Below are positions 1 to 9,289 of a stretch of 45,763 bases of DNA, in pieces. Below the pieces are notes generated by a model. The model saw only the letters and a list, made by a program, of their open reading frames with translations, was not told the origin of the DNA and searched no databases. The translations under genes were made by a program, and so were the position numbers. How positions within the stretch are numbered: the stretch's first letter is position 1; each line of letters begins with the position of its first letter. The DNA lies in contig CBFGIV010000015.1 of NCBI GenBank assembly GCA_965648915.1, positions 1 to 45,763 of the forward strand. The letters run 5' to 3'. Source of the stretch: a candidate division WOR-3 bacterium. Its GTDB lineage: Bacteria > Hydrothermota > Tepidihabitantia > SM23-42 > CAYGYG01.

Positions 1-144
1 TTTGAGCGAGTTAAATTAGATTATCCTCAGTTGCATAAATCTTTTGCTCTCTTTCCGCCGGTAGATTTAGACTCGATTTCTTCCAGCTCATACTGGAAGG
101 GTGGTCAATATGTGTTGGCCCCATACAAATTTATCTTGACTTAG
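1..144 (+). CDS. Possible 3' end of a gene running in from outside the window (FERVKLDYPQ...YKFILT*)
   Basis: Frame 1 is open from base 1 to TAG at 142-144; no recognisable motif. Confidence 0.4.
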   Translation, partial: FERVKLDYPQLHKSFALFPPVDLDSISSSSYWKGGQYVLAPYKFILT

Positions 145-164
145 GGAAGAGTATTTATTATACT
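136..164 (+). promoter_or_regulatory. sigma70-type promoter upstream of the GT2 gene
   Basis: TTGACT(136-141)-N17-TATACT(159-164). Confidence 0.65.
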
Positions 165-328
165 ACTAAGTACGGCTTAAAGATATGCATAAGGATTAAA
201 AATGGGTTGGAAAAATTGGATTTCAGTAAGGGACAGGAGCAATTATTTAAATATCATTGAACATAAGTACGTTAAAGAAGTCCGTTTTAATCAAGAAGAA
301 GGTTTAAAAAAATTACATATTTTAACAA

Positions 329-1354
329 ATGTATTTTAATAAAAAAGTTTATATAGTCATTGTAAATTATAAATTCTGGCAAGACACAATTTCCTGTTTA
401 AAAAGCCTTTTAAGATTAAACTATACCAATTACCAGATTGTGGTAATTGATAACGCTTCACCCAATAAGGATTTAAAGTTCATAGAAGCATGGTGTAGAA
501 AACGTATTGCCTACGTAATTTATAATAGGAGTGAAGCCGAAAGAGGTGGAAATAAAGAGTTAGAAAATTTGGCTATTAAAAAGATACGTTATAATAGAAA
601 TAAGAAGACTCTAATGCAGCCGATAATTTTGATTCAAACTGATTCAAATCTGTATTATGCTGGGGGTAATAATGTTGGTATAAAATATGCACTAGCGAAA
701 GGAGATTGTGACTATATTTGGATTTTGAATAATGATACAATTGTTGATAAAGAGTCATTGAGATTTTTAGTTGAAAAAGCTGAAACTTTGAGAAAAGCAG
801 GTAAAAAAATTGGTATAATAGGCGCGAAATTACTTTTTTACTCGAACCCTACTATTTTACAAGGAATCGGTGGAAAATATAATAAATTGTTTGGGCTTAC
901 AAATCACATAGGTAGTTACGAGAGAGACCGTGGCCAATACGACAATGATAATACTAAAATAGACTATGTTATAGGTGCATCAATGTTTGTCAGTCTTGAC
1001 TTCATAAAGGAAGTCGGACTAATGAGTGAATATTATCGTATATATTTCGAGGAGCTTGATTGGCTCGAGCGGGGAAAAAGGAAAGGATGGACCTGCACAT
1101 ATGACTGGCGGTGTAAAGTCTATCATAAGGAGGGAAGATCAGTTGGTTCAAGTTCTAAGATCGAAATAAGAAGTGAATTAAGTGATTATTATATGATGAA
1201 AAGCAGAATTCTTTTTACAAGAAAATTTTATCCCTTATATCTATGGAGTGTATATTCCAGATTTTTCTTCACCATATTGAATAGTATCAAAATGAAGAAG
1301 TTTAAGAGAATTTATTTGATCTTAAAAATCATATTTAACCTACCATATCCATAA
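329..1354 (+). CDS. Glycosyltransferase family 2 (WbbL/rhamnosyltransferase-like)
   Basis: IVIVNY, VVIDNAS, YAGGNNVG, WILNNDT, GASMF, YFEELDW motifs of GT-A fold GT2. Confidence 0.9.
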   Translation: MYFNKKVYIVIVNYKFWQDTISCLKSLLRLNYTNYQIVVIDNASPNKDLKFIEAWCRKRIAYVIYNRSEAERGGNKELENLAIKKIRYNRNKKTLMQPIILIQTDSNLYYAGGNNVGIKYALAKGDCDYIWILNNDTIVDKESLRFLVEKAETLRKAGKKIGIIGAKLLFYSNPTILQGIGGKYNKLFGLTNHIGSYERDRGQYDNDNTKIDYVIGASMFVSLDFIKEVGLMSEYYRIYFEELDWLERGKRKGWTCTYDWRCKVYHKEGRSVGSSSKIEIRSELSDYYMMKSRILFTRKFYPLYLWSVYSRFFFTILNSIKMKKFKRIYLILKIIFNLPYP

Positions 1355-1361
1355 AGTATAC

Positions 1362-2533
1362 TGGACCCATCTCGGGTTGGACACTGAAGAAATTTAGAGT
1401 TATTATAATGGTTAATAGGAAATTTTCTTATAGACTTTGTATTACCGGTGGCGCGACCGATTTTTAGAAGGCGGCAAAAGGGGCTGATGAATAGTTTGGG
1501 TGATGAGAATGTTTACAGGGCTGAGATTGAGCGTCTCCAGAGGATTATTGGTAAGCAGGCGATTCAGATTGAGATATTAAAAAAAAACCGTGGACCTATT
1601 CAAGACAAGATGAGTGCAGTGGCGAGTTTAAGACAATTTGGTTATACCATAAAAGATGCGTGCCAGGCACTGGGTTTAGCCCGGAGTGGTTATTATGCCT
1701 CGACCCGTCCGAAAAATGCCAGAGCGAGCGTTTTGACGATGAAAGATAGTGGATTAATCGAGCGGATCAAGGTAATCTGCGGTGCACATCCCTTTTGGTG
1801 TTATCGGCGGGTCTGGGCGTGGTTAAATCATTGTGAGGGTATCTGGGTGAACCAGAAGTGGGTGCGGCGCGTGATGAAAGGTAACGGGCTAATGGTTCCC
1901 CAGACGATTCATAAAGCGAAAAGGACGCCAACCAGGAGAAAGCCCAAGGCGGATAAGCCGCGGCAGTTTTGGGGTATCGATATGACCAGGTTTATGGTCA
2001 ATGATTTAGATTGGGTGTATTTGGTGATTGTCTTAGATTGGTGGACGAAGAAGCTTGTGGGCTGGAATATATCGCTTCGGAGTAAGACTGCGGATTGGAA
2101 GCAGGCATTAGACATAGCATTAAACAAGGAATTTCCGGAAGGTGTAAGAGGCAAAGGGTTAAAGCTGATAAGTGACAATGGTTGTCAGCCTACCTCGGTG
2201 AGTTTTATGCGGGATATGGCGGATTTAGGCATCGAGCAGATCTTTACCTCGTATGACAATCCTAAGGGCAATGCCGAGACCGAGCGGATGTTACGAACGG
2301 TAAAAGAGGAGGTCATCGGGCTTAACGAGTTTGAGAACTTAGCGGAAGCAAAAGAAAAGATCAGTAAATGGATTGAGATTAATTACAATAAGTTGTATTT
2401 CCATAACAAACTGGGCTATCTGCGCCTGGGGGAATTTGAGGCTCTCTATAGGGGTGATTGATTAAAACGGAGGGTATGAAAATACGACACAAAAGGGCAT
2501 TAAATGCGTCTTGACCTTCAGGAGCACACTCCA
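1362..2533 (+). mobile_element. Degenerate IS3-family insertion sequence
   Basis: TG...CA ends with imperfect IRs (TGGACCCATCTCGGGTTGGACAC vs reverse-complement TGGAGTGTGCTCCTGAAGGTCAAGACGC); rve/DDE transposase; A-run at the orfA/orfB junction; GC-richer than flanks; no target duplication seen. Confidence 0.8.
1448..2461 (+). pseudogene. IS3-family transposase OrfAB with damaged OrfA; OrfB DDE triad present
   Basis: WGIDMT, LISDNG, GNAETER catalytic motifs. OrfA survives as fragments (MVNRKFS at 1408; TLYYRWRDRFLEGGKRG* in another frame), implying an internal deletion plus a frameshift. Confidence 0.75.
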
Positions 2534-3756
2534 GGGTGCTCAGAAGTTTCTAAAGTTTTATAATAATATGCCTCCAATTCATTAACGATTTTTCTCCAAG
2601 CAAAGTTTTCTCTCACAAATTTTTTTGCTTTTAATCCAATTCCCCTGAAACGGTGAGGATTTTTCAAAACTTCGATGCAACTTTGAGCAAAAGATCTTTC
2701 ATCGTCTGCTATTAAAAGATGTTTTCTGTGAATAAAGTTCGTACCTTCAATGCCTACGGTTGTTGAAACGATGATTTTACCCAGCCCTAAAGTTTCAAGT
2801 AATTTAACTTTAACGCCGGTTCCTCTAAGAAGTGGTATAACTATTAAAGAAGCAATTTGATAATAAGGCACCAAACTTTTGACATCACCAATAACCATTA
2901 TATTTTGTGAAGATAATTTAACCACTTCTTGCACGGGCTTTTTGCCCACAATTATAAATTTGACACCATCGACTTCTCTTAAAATCCTTGGCAGGATTTT
3001 ATTTGAAAACCAACACGCACCTTCAACATTTGGCGGATAATCCAGTGAGCCTCCAAAGACAATCAGTTTATCTGCATTAGATCTAAACTTTACTTCTTCA
3101 TCGACCCGATTATAAGAAAATCCAACCGGCGACAAAAAAGATTTCTTTCTCTGGCAATAAAAATTGAACTCAAAATATTTTTTTTCTTTATTTGAAAGAA
3201 AAATATAAGAGCTCATAAAAGGACATTTAAAAATTCTTTTCTCATAAAATGCAACTCTGATTGCATCTATGAAAAATACAAGTTTCATTAAGTAGTTTGG
3301 TAGACTTAATGCGTAATTTTTCCAAGTTATGCTTTCAATATTATGAACACTGTAAATTTTTTTAACATTTTGTGATTTCAATTTTAAAACATACTGAATA
3401 ACTGGTAATTCTTCAGCAATGACAATATCGATTTTGTTATTCTGTATAATATTGTGTACTACCTTAAATAAGAAAGATAAACGCCTTCTATTAACTGAAA
3501 ATGGCAGATCCGGTCTTGATAAAAGTGTTAAAATAAGATTTTTTTTGCTGAATATGTGAACGCTTTTACATATCTTCTTAAGCTCCATCTCATACTGCAA
3601 ATCTTTTTCGTATGTCTTAAAAACTACTAAATGCACACAATGGCCCAAGTTCACTAACTCAAAGATTCTATTAAAAACTACAATACGAGCACCACTGTTT
3701 GTTGGCACAGGCGGTTGTGCTGCAATTACTAATATGTTTAATTTTCTTTTTTTCAT
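2518..3756 (-). CDS. Glycosyltransferase family 4
   Basis: PPVPTNSGARI N-terminus; GSLDYPPNVEG; PLLRGTGVKVKLLE GT-B C-terminal motif. Confidence 0.9.
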   Translation of the reverse strand: MKKRKLNILVIAAQPPVPTNSGARIVVFNRIFELVNLGHCVHLVVFKTYEKDLQYEMELKKICKSVHIFSKKNLILTLLSRPDLPFSVNRRRLSFLFKVVHNIIQNNKIDIVIAEELPVIQYVLKLKSQNVKKIYSVHNIESITWKNYALSLPNYLMKLVFFIDAIRVAFYEKRIFKCPFMSSYIFLSNKEKKYFEFNFYCQRKKSFLSPVGFSYNRVDEEVKFRSNADKLIVFGGSLDYPPNVEGACWFSNKILPRILREVDGVKFIIVGKKPVQEVVKLSSQNIMVIGDVKSLVPYYQIASLIVIPLLRGTGVKVKLLETLGLGKIIVSTTVGIEGTNFIHRKHLLIADDERSFAQSCIEVLKNPHRFRGIGLKAKKFVRENFAWRKIVNELEAYYYKTLETSEHPGVCS

Positions 3757-5759
3757 CTATGATTTAAAGCAGTAGGACGAATACTAAAAAAATCTATTGT
3801 GAACCAGTCTTCACCTCTATTTCTTATCATCAGGATGTGCCTTCCAGCAGGTATCTTGACATTTATAAGTTTTCCGTATTCAAGGGAAGTGCAATCGTTC
3901 TTACCATCACGGTCCTTAAGTTCTTTTTTAAGAACAATTTTATCATCTAAGTAAACTTCAAGATATGCACTCAGGACGGCCACAGAGCGTATAAAAAAAG
4001 AGAAAATCGAAGATTTGCTAAATTCCAGATCAAAAATTAAGTCTCGGGATAGCTTCCTATTATATTTACCGTGAATAAATGCATTGGGTAGATTGTTTAA
4101 TATAACGGACTGGTCACTTAACTTAAAGACAGTTTTTACGGGTCTGGCCCATTGATATTTTGTAAGAATGTAGATTGTATGATCTGCTTCCCATAAGGGG
4201 ACTTCAGATAATTCGATTACGATAACTGCGTATGTTTCAAGATGTGGTATTTTCATACATACTCTATCTTGGTATTTCTCAAAATTTATATCTATCTGTC
4301 TTTCAAGTTGAGGAGAGAGCAGATATATTTTCTTAGGTTTAATTGGTTTATTTATCTTAATTTCAAAATTTTTTTGAGCACTAATGATATGATATCGACG
4401 ATCAAACTCATTGTTAACTAAATGAATTAAAAGTCGATTAAATGATTGCTGAAAGAAGCAAGTAATAGATATCCCTTCAGGATATTCTATTTCATCGCTT
4501 TCCAGCATAACGCGAGGATATTTTAAGGCATAAACAGTGGAATTAGTATTTATAAATGTGAGCAACTTTCTAATAACTTGAATTATGCTGTCATTCTCCT
4601 CATCGTGATTCCATGGACTTAAGACTGGAAATGCAAAGAAACCACCGGCGGCGAATATTTCCATCGCATACTTTTCAAGCCAGAGCTTTTTATCAGCATT
4701 GCTGATTTGCGCCCAGGGGAAATCTTGTCCCCAATCGTGGAAAAACACAACCGGGACTTCTTTGCCGAGTATTACGTTACTCTGTAACACTACTGCACGC
4801 CATCTCGATAATTGTGAGGCAGATGCATTTACATGGCCATATTGGTCAAGCATAAGATAACTTCGGTCTAAACCGAATATCTGGAAATCTACAAAATTGT
4901 TAATTCCGTTTGTTGAAATTAATACTTTTTTACCGATCGACTCGGAATATTTTCGGATTTTACCTACATACTCCTGCAAGATGCGTGAACGACTTTCAGT
5001 CAAAAATAAAGACCATTCTTCACTTAAGGGATTATTTGCATCCCAGGGATTAAAAATAAAACCCTTCTTCTTAAGATAGGCACGGTAATTGAATGAGGTT
5101 ATCTTCTGATCCGGGCAGATATTAGTATCGGTTAGATTAATACCAAAAGTATCAAACCATCGATGGTCATCAGTAGCCCAGTTTCTCTGTACGGAGTATT
5201 TATTGATAAGGAAAGCGCGAAAGGCATTAAGATTGTATTTATCAAATCCTTCGATTAAAAAATATGCTCCATCTGGTTCATCAATAAATATATGTCCTGC
5301 TCCAGCATCAATTTGTTGATAAATGAAGGAAAGCAAATAATCCCGCCAGCGAGGGTTCTCCAAAGAACCGTGGTACCACCCAAAAGTATTTAATAAATTA
5401 CCATCCGGAGTTGAAGTGACAAAATCCTTAAATTGTTCTTCAGTTAAGTTATTTTCATTAGGATAAATTGCGGAAAATGTCCCTCCACCACCAAATATAA
5501 TACCTTTTTGTTGAGATGAATCTGCTAACCACGAATAATCTTTATAGTGAAGCGCGTTCTTCCATCGGAACCAACCCCTGATGAAAATCTGCGATGGAAC
5601 ACTTAAAGAGACCCGCAACGCTTCAACATCAATTATCTGGTCATTAATTGTAAATGTGCATAATTCTCTTGTAATAGAGTCACTATATGAGTCAAAGTGA
5701 ATTAATGTTATTAGAATAAAAATTCCAATTTGATCCATGCTAATATTTGAAAATAACAA
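3753..5759 (-). CDS. Hypothetical exported protein, putative glycoside hydrolase (TIM-barrel-like core plus C-terminal beta-sandwich/CBM-like domains)
   Basis: Hydrophobic N-terminus; NPRWRDY...GAGHIFIDE motif; RLLIHLVN...PHLETYAVIVIE beta-sandwich; GRHILMIRN..DWFTIDFF CBM-like tail; ATGA-coupled to the downstream GT4; start uncertain (TTG 5759 or ATG 5738). Confidence 0.6.
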   Translation of the reverse strand: MLFSNISMDQIGIFILITLIHFDSYSDSITRELCTFTINDQIIDVEALRVSLSVPSQIFIRGWFRWKNALHYKDYSWLADSSQQKGIIFGGGGTFSAIYPNENNLTEEQFKDFVTSTPDGNLLNTFGWYHGSLENPRWRDYLLSFIYQQIDAGAGHIFIDEPDGAYFLIEGFDKYNLNAFRAFLINKYSVQRNWATDDHRWFDTFGINLTDTNICPDQKITSFNYRAYLKKKGFIFNPWDANNPLSEEWSLFLTESRSRILQEYVGKIRKYSESIGKKVLISTNGINNFVDFQIFGLDRSYLMLDQYGHVNASASQLSRWRAVVLQSNVILGKEVPVVFFHDWGQDFPWAQISNADKKLWLEKYAMEIFAAGGFFAFPVLSPWNHDEENDSIIQVIRKLLTFINTNSTVYALKYPRVMLESDEIEYPEGISITCFFQQSFNRLLIHLVNNEFDRRYHIISAQKNFEIKINKPIKPKKIYLLSPQLERQIDINFEKYQDRVCMKIPHLETYAVIVIELSEVPLWEADHTIYILTKYQWARPVKTVFKLSDQSVILNNLPNAFIHGKYNRKLSRDLIFDLEFSKSSIFSFFIRSVAVLSAYLEVYLDDKIVLKKELKDRDGKNDCTSLEYGKLINVKIPAGRHILMIRNRGEDWFTIDFFSIRPTALNHR

Positions 5760-5775
5760 ATCAAAATTTACATCT

Positions 5776-7008
5776 TTAACATCCTACTCTTGCTTGGGTA
5801 CTAACCGTTGATAAAAACGAGTCAAAAAGAAATTTTTCAAGATTATTGATAATTTTCGGCCAGGCGTAATTTCTGACAAGATGATTATAACCCTCAAAAC
5901 CTAATTTTGTTTTAGTTTCTATCGAGTTTAATACTAAAATGCATTGTTCAGCAAAACTTTCCTTGTCGTCAGCAATTAAAAGATGTTTGCCGTGCTTGAA
6001 GTCGGTTCCTTTTATACCTTTACTGGTTGAAACTACTGCTTTTCTATAACTTAGAGCTTCAAACAACTTTATTTTTGCTCCGGTCCCCTCAAAGATCGGT
6101 ATAATAAATAAATCGGCCTTTTGAAAATACTCTGATATATCATCAACATCACCAACTACAGTAATGTTATTAGATGCAATTTTCCTGATGGCTTTGGTAG
6201 GTGAACGGCCAACAATAAAGAGTTTGATATTTTCGACTCTTTTCAGAATTGTAGGCCATACATTGTGAACAAACCAAAGGATGCCGTTTACATTTGGCCA
6301 ATACCCCATTGTTCCAGTGAATAAAATTATTTTTTCTTCTGCCTTAGAGTTTCTCTTGACCTCGGTATTGTTTGAAGAGGGATAAACACCCATCGGGCTA
6401 TAAAAAGTCCTGATATTTTTATTTCCGGTAAGATTTTCAACAAAATTCTTTTCTTGGGCTGATAAGAAAATAAAAGCATTAAAAATTCGAGAAGAGAATA
6501 TCCTCCTTTCCAAATAATACATTTTTAAGGCCTCTATAAAATAAACTATCTTTTTGAAAGGATTGGGATGGGCTTTACATAAATCATTTAGCATCTGGTA
6601 TTCAATATTATGCACACTGTAATATTTAAAAACTTTAGGAATGCTATGATTCAGTAGATTCATTGCCGCAGGCAACTCTTCAGCAATAATTAATTCGATG
6701 TTTTCCCTTTCGACAAGAGAAGAAATATTATCTACCAGACATTTTAGAATACGCCTTGAAATGCGGTACGGATATGTTGGATGCTGCAATAGTGGTATAA
6801 TATTGAACTTCTTCACAAAATAGCGTGCATAGCCAAATAATTTCTCTGCCTCAGATTCATACTTACCTTCGGTCTGAGAATTAACTAAAGATAGAATATA
6901 AATTTTATGACCTTTACTTCGAATTCCGTTGATTCGTTGAAATTCTAATATTCTTGCTCCACTATTAGTTGGTTTTGGCGGTTCAGTTGTAATCCAAAGT
7001 ATATTCAT
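5776..7008 (-). CDS. Glycosyltransferase family 4 (paralog of 2518-3756)
   Basis: PPKPTNSGARI; FTGTMGYWPNVNG; PIFEGTGAKIKLFEAL. Confidence 0.9.
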   Translation of the reverse strand: MNILWITTEPPKPTNSGARILEFQRINGIRSKGHKIYILSLVNSQTEGKYESEAEKLFGYARYFVKKFNIIPLLQHPTYPYRISRRILKCLVDNISSLVERENIELIIAEELPAAMNLLNHSIPKVFKYYSVHNIEYQMLNDLCKAHPNPFKKIVYFIEALKMYYLERRIFSSRIFNAFIFLSAQEKNFVENLTGNKNIRTFYSPMGVYPSSNNTEVKRNSKAEEKIILFTGTMGYWPNVNGILWFVHNVWPTILKRVENIKLFIVGRSPTKAIRKIASNNITVVGDVDDISEYFQKADLFIIPIFEGTGAKIKLFEALSYRKAVVSTSKGIKGTDFKHGKHLLIADDKESFAEQCILVLNSIETKTKLGFEGYNHLVRNYAWPKIINNLEKFLFDSFLSTVSTQARVGC

Positions 7009-7013
7009 ATTGA

Positions 7014-8138
7014 TTACAGGGATTCAGGTAATAGTTCTTTATAAAAGCTGTAATAATTTTCGATAAATAACTTGAACGAAAATATGTTTTTAACTCGCCA
7101 CAAAGCAGATGAAGACAATCTCTCTGTGCTGGTTTTATTATTAAGTATTTTGTTTATCGTTTGGACAAGAGATTGGCTGTTGGCTACGGGAACAACAAAC
7201 CCAGTTACTTCATGTTGGTTAATAAATGATGTTCCGGTACCAAGTTCCGTCGAAATGAGAGGTTTTCCGCAGGCCATTGCTTCTAACAAGACAAGCCCAA
7301 AGGCTTCGGTTCGGGCAATGGATGGTAAAACGAAGACATCGCATAGATGAAAGTAAAGTTTTAATTCGCTTCTGGGTAAATGATCGATAAAGGTTGTCTT
7401 ATTTGTAAGATTTAAATTCTGTGTTAATTTTAGTAAATCGGTTTTGAGCGGCCCATTGCCAATAATTATAAGATAGGCATCGACATCCTTCATCGCTTTT
7501 ATCAAATATTCAACACCCTTATAGTAAACAAGTCGACCAACAAAAAGGACCACTGGTTTGTTATATCTTTTTCTCAAGTCTACTAACCTTAATTTCTCCT
7601 CTGGTTTTAATTTCATTTTATCAATATCTATACCAAAAGGAATAACTATGCATTTATCTCTATATCTCCTCAGTACTTGCGAAGTATTTATTATATTTGG
7701 ATTGGAGACAACTATCTTTGAAGCACGCTTTAATAAAAAGTGCATCATTGGTTCGTAAAGAATGTTAAGCGTTTTTTGTTTCACCACATCACAGTGATAG
7801 GTTACTAAAATCTTTTTTGTAAAAGGGTAGCGAGCATAAGCCAGGACACCAAAAGGATGGGGCAGATGAAAATGAAGTAGATCCATTTGAGGTGCTAATA
7901 ATTTGAATGCGGTAGTATAATTTAATGAAATTGGCGTAGAAGCAATTTTAGTGAGCCTTGGCGTTTTATAAACCATAAAATTCTTAAATTGTTCTCGCTT
8001 AAAATGGCCGTCTTCACCGACCGCAAGAACGGACATATCAAAAAAATCACCCAGACCTTTAGCAAGATCATATACAACTTTCTCCACCCCACCGATTACC
8101 GGCCAGAACGCTTTATTGAGTTGAAGAACTTTGAACAT
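7014..8138 (-). CDS. Glycosyltransferase family 4 (mannosyl/rhamnosyltransferase-like)
   Basis: GGVE, FVGRLVYYKG, EAFGLVLLEAMACG (EX7E). Confidence 0.92.
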   Translation of the reverse strand: MFKVLQLNKAFWPVIGGVEKVVYDLAKGLGDFFDMSVLAVGEDGHFKREQFKNFMVYKTPRLTKIASTPISLNYTTAFKLLAPQMDLLHFHLPHPFGVLAYARYPFTKKILVTYHCDVVKQKTLNILYEPMMHFLLKRASKIVVSNPNIINTSQVLRRYRDKCIVIPFGIDIDKMKLKPEEKLRLVDLRKRYNKPVVLFVGRLVYYKGVEYLIKAMKDVDAYLIIIGNGPLKTDLLKLTQNLNLTNKTTFIDHLPRSELKLYFHLCDVFVLPSIARTEAFGLVLLEAMACGKPLISTELGTGTSFINQHEVTGFVVPVANSQSLVQTINKILNNKTSTERLSSSALWRVKNIFSFKLFIENYYSFYKELLPESL

Positions 8139-8148
8139 ACCATCAAGT

Positions 8149-8176
8149 AGTATACTGATTTTCAGTCCTGTGTCAA
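8149..8176 (-). promoter_or_regulatory. sigma70-type internal promoter, very short leader
   Basis: TTGACA-N16-TATACT on the minus strand, 10 nt before ATG 8138. Confidence 0.7.
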
Positions 8177-8189
8177 CCTCTACCTCAGC

Positions 8190-9284
8190 TCAGGCTGGGG
8201 AGATCAGATATTTTAACGCATGGTTGATTTTAGCAATATTTTTATTCCAATTAAACTTTTTTATATAGTTATGGCCATTATAAGCAATGCTTATTCTTTT
8301 TTTATCATTTGTGAACAAATCATTCACTGCTTTAACAAAATTTTCTGGATTATTTGATGGAACTATTATTGATGTTTTCCCGTTTAGACAAAAATCTAAA
8401 ACCCCCCCACTATCAGCAGTTACAACACAAGATCCACAAGCCATAGCTTCGGCTGGCGGTAACCCAAATCCTTCCTTTTCACTGGTACTTAAAAAGATGG
8501 CGTTTTGATTATATATCTCTACCAATTTGGTCAGGGGAGGAGTTTTGTAGTATTTCATCCACATCGGTATAAATTTGGGCCGCGCGTCAACACCGAATAA
8601 AGAGACTTGTAAATTAAGATGTTCTTGTTTTAACAAATTTAAGCTTATGATACCTTTATCTGATCCCTTCCATTTCCTTCTATCATACATCATAGCTATG
8701 GATTTAACCATGCGATCTTCTGGTTTTATTTCCATCCTAAAAATGCTATGATCAATAGGATCAGGTAAATATAAGAAGATAGGAGCATTATTTTCACGCA
8801 AAATATTCATCAACCATTTAGATACTACGACATTATAAAACCTTTCAAATTTATATGAAGCGATAACGTTATCGTCTGACATATTCCAGTTTTCAAAATG
8901 CTGAATCATATATAATACAGGTTTATTCAATTTCAAATTATTTACTAAATAAGCAGTCTCAACGGATGATACAATTATAATATTGTAGTTTTCTAAATCT
9001 AAGAAAGATAAACGAGGTCTAACGATATGTCGTATCCGGTGAATGCTTCGATCGAAATTAAACCATTTCCAAAATGGGCATAATTGATTATAAATACCAA
9101 ATTTCATTAGTTCTCTTTGGAATCGTAGTTTTTTCTTGCTAGTAGACAACAAGGCAAGAGGATAAAATATATCAAAATTATAACCGAAATTAGCTAATCT
9201 CTTAATGTATTCGTAAATAATTTTATAACCACCTATGGGCCTTCTCGATGGGCCAGGCAGTACAACAGCAACCTTGATAGCCAT
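8190..9284 (-). CDS. Glycosyltransferase family 4
   Basis: PIGGYKIIYEY, EGFGLPPAEAMACG; start moved to ATG 9284 (MAIKVAVV) to avoid overlap with the flippase. Confidence 0.88.
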   Translation of the reverse strand: MAIKVAVVLPGPSRRPIGGYKIIYEYIKRLANFGYNFDIFYPLALLSTSKKKLRFQRELMKFGIYNQLCPFWKWFNFDRSIHRIRHIVRPRLSFLDLENYNIIIVSSVETAYLVNNLKLNKPVLYMIQHFENWNMSDDNVIASYKFERFYNVVVSKWLMNILRENNAPIFLYLPDPIDHSIFRMEIKPEDRMVKSIAMMYDRRKWKGSDKGIISLNLLKQEHLNLQVSLFGVDARPKFIPMWMKYYKTPPLTKLVEIYNQNAIFLSTSEKEGFGLPPAEAMACGSCVVTADSGGVLDFCLNGKTSIIVPSNNPENFVKAVNDLFTNDKKRISIAYNGHNYIKKFNWNKNIAKINHALKYLISPA

Positions 9285-9289
9285 ATGTT

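Noticed and set aside
202..339. 45-aa ORF (MGWKNWISVRDR...) upstream of the GT2 gene, possibly a gene remnant
   Set aside because: Short, no recognisable motif, no convincing SD; cannot be separated from chance
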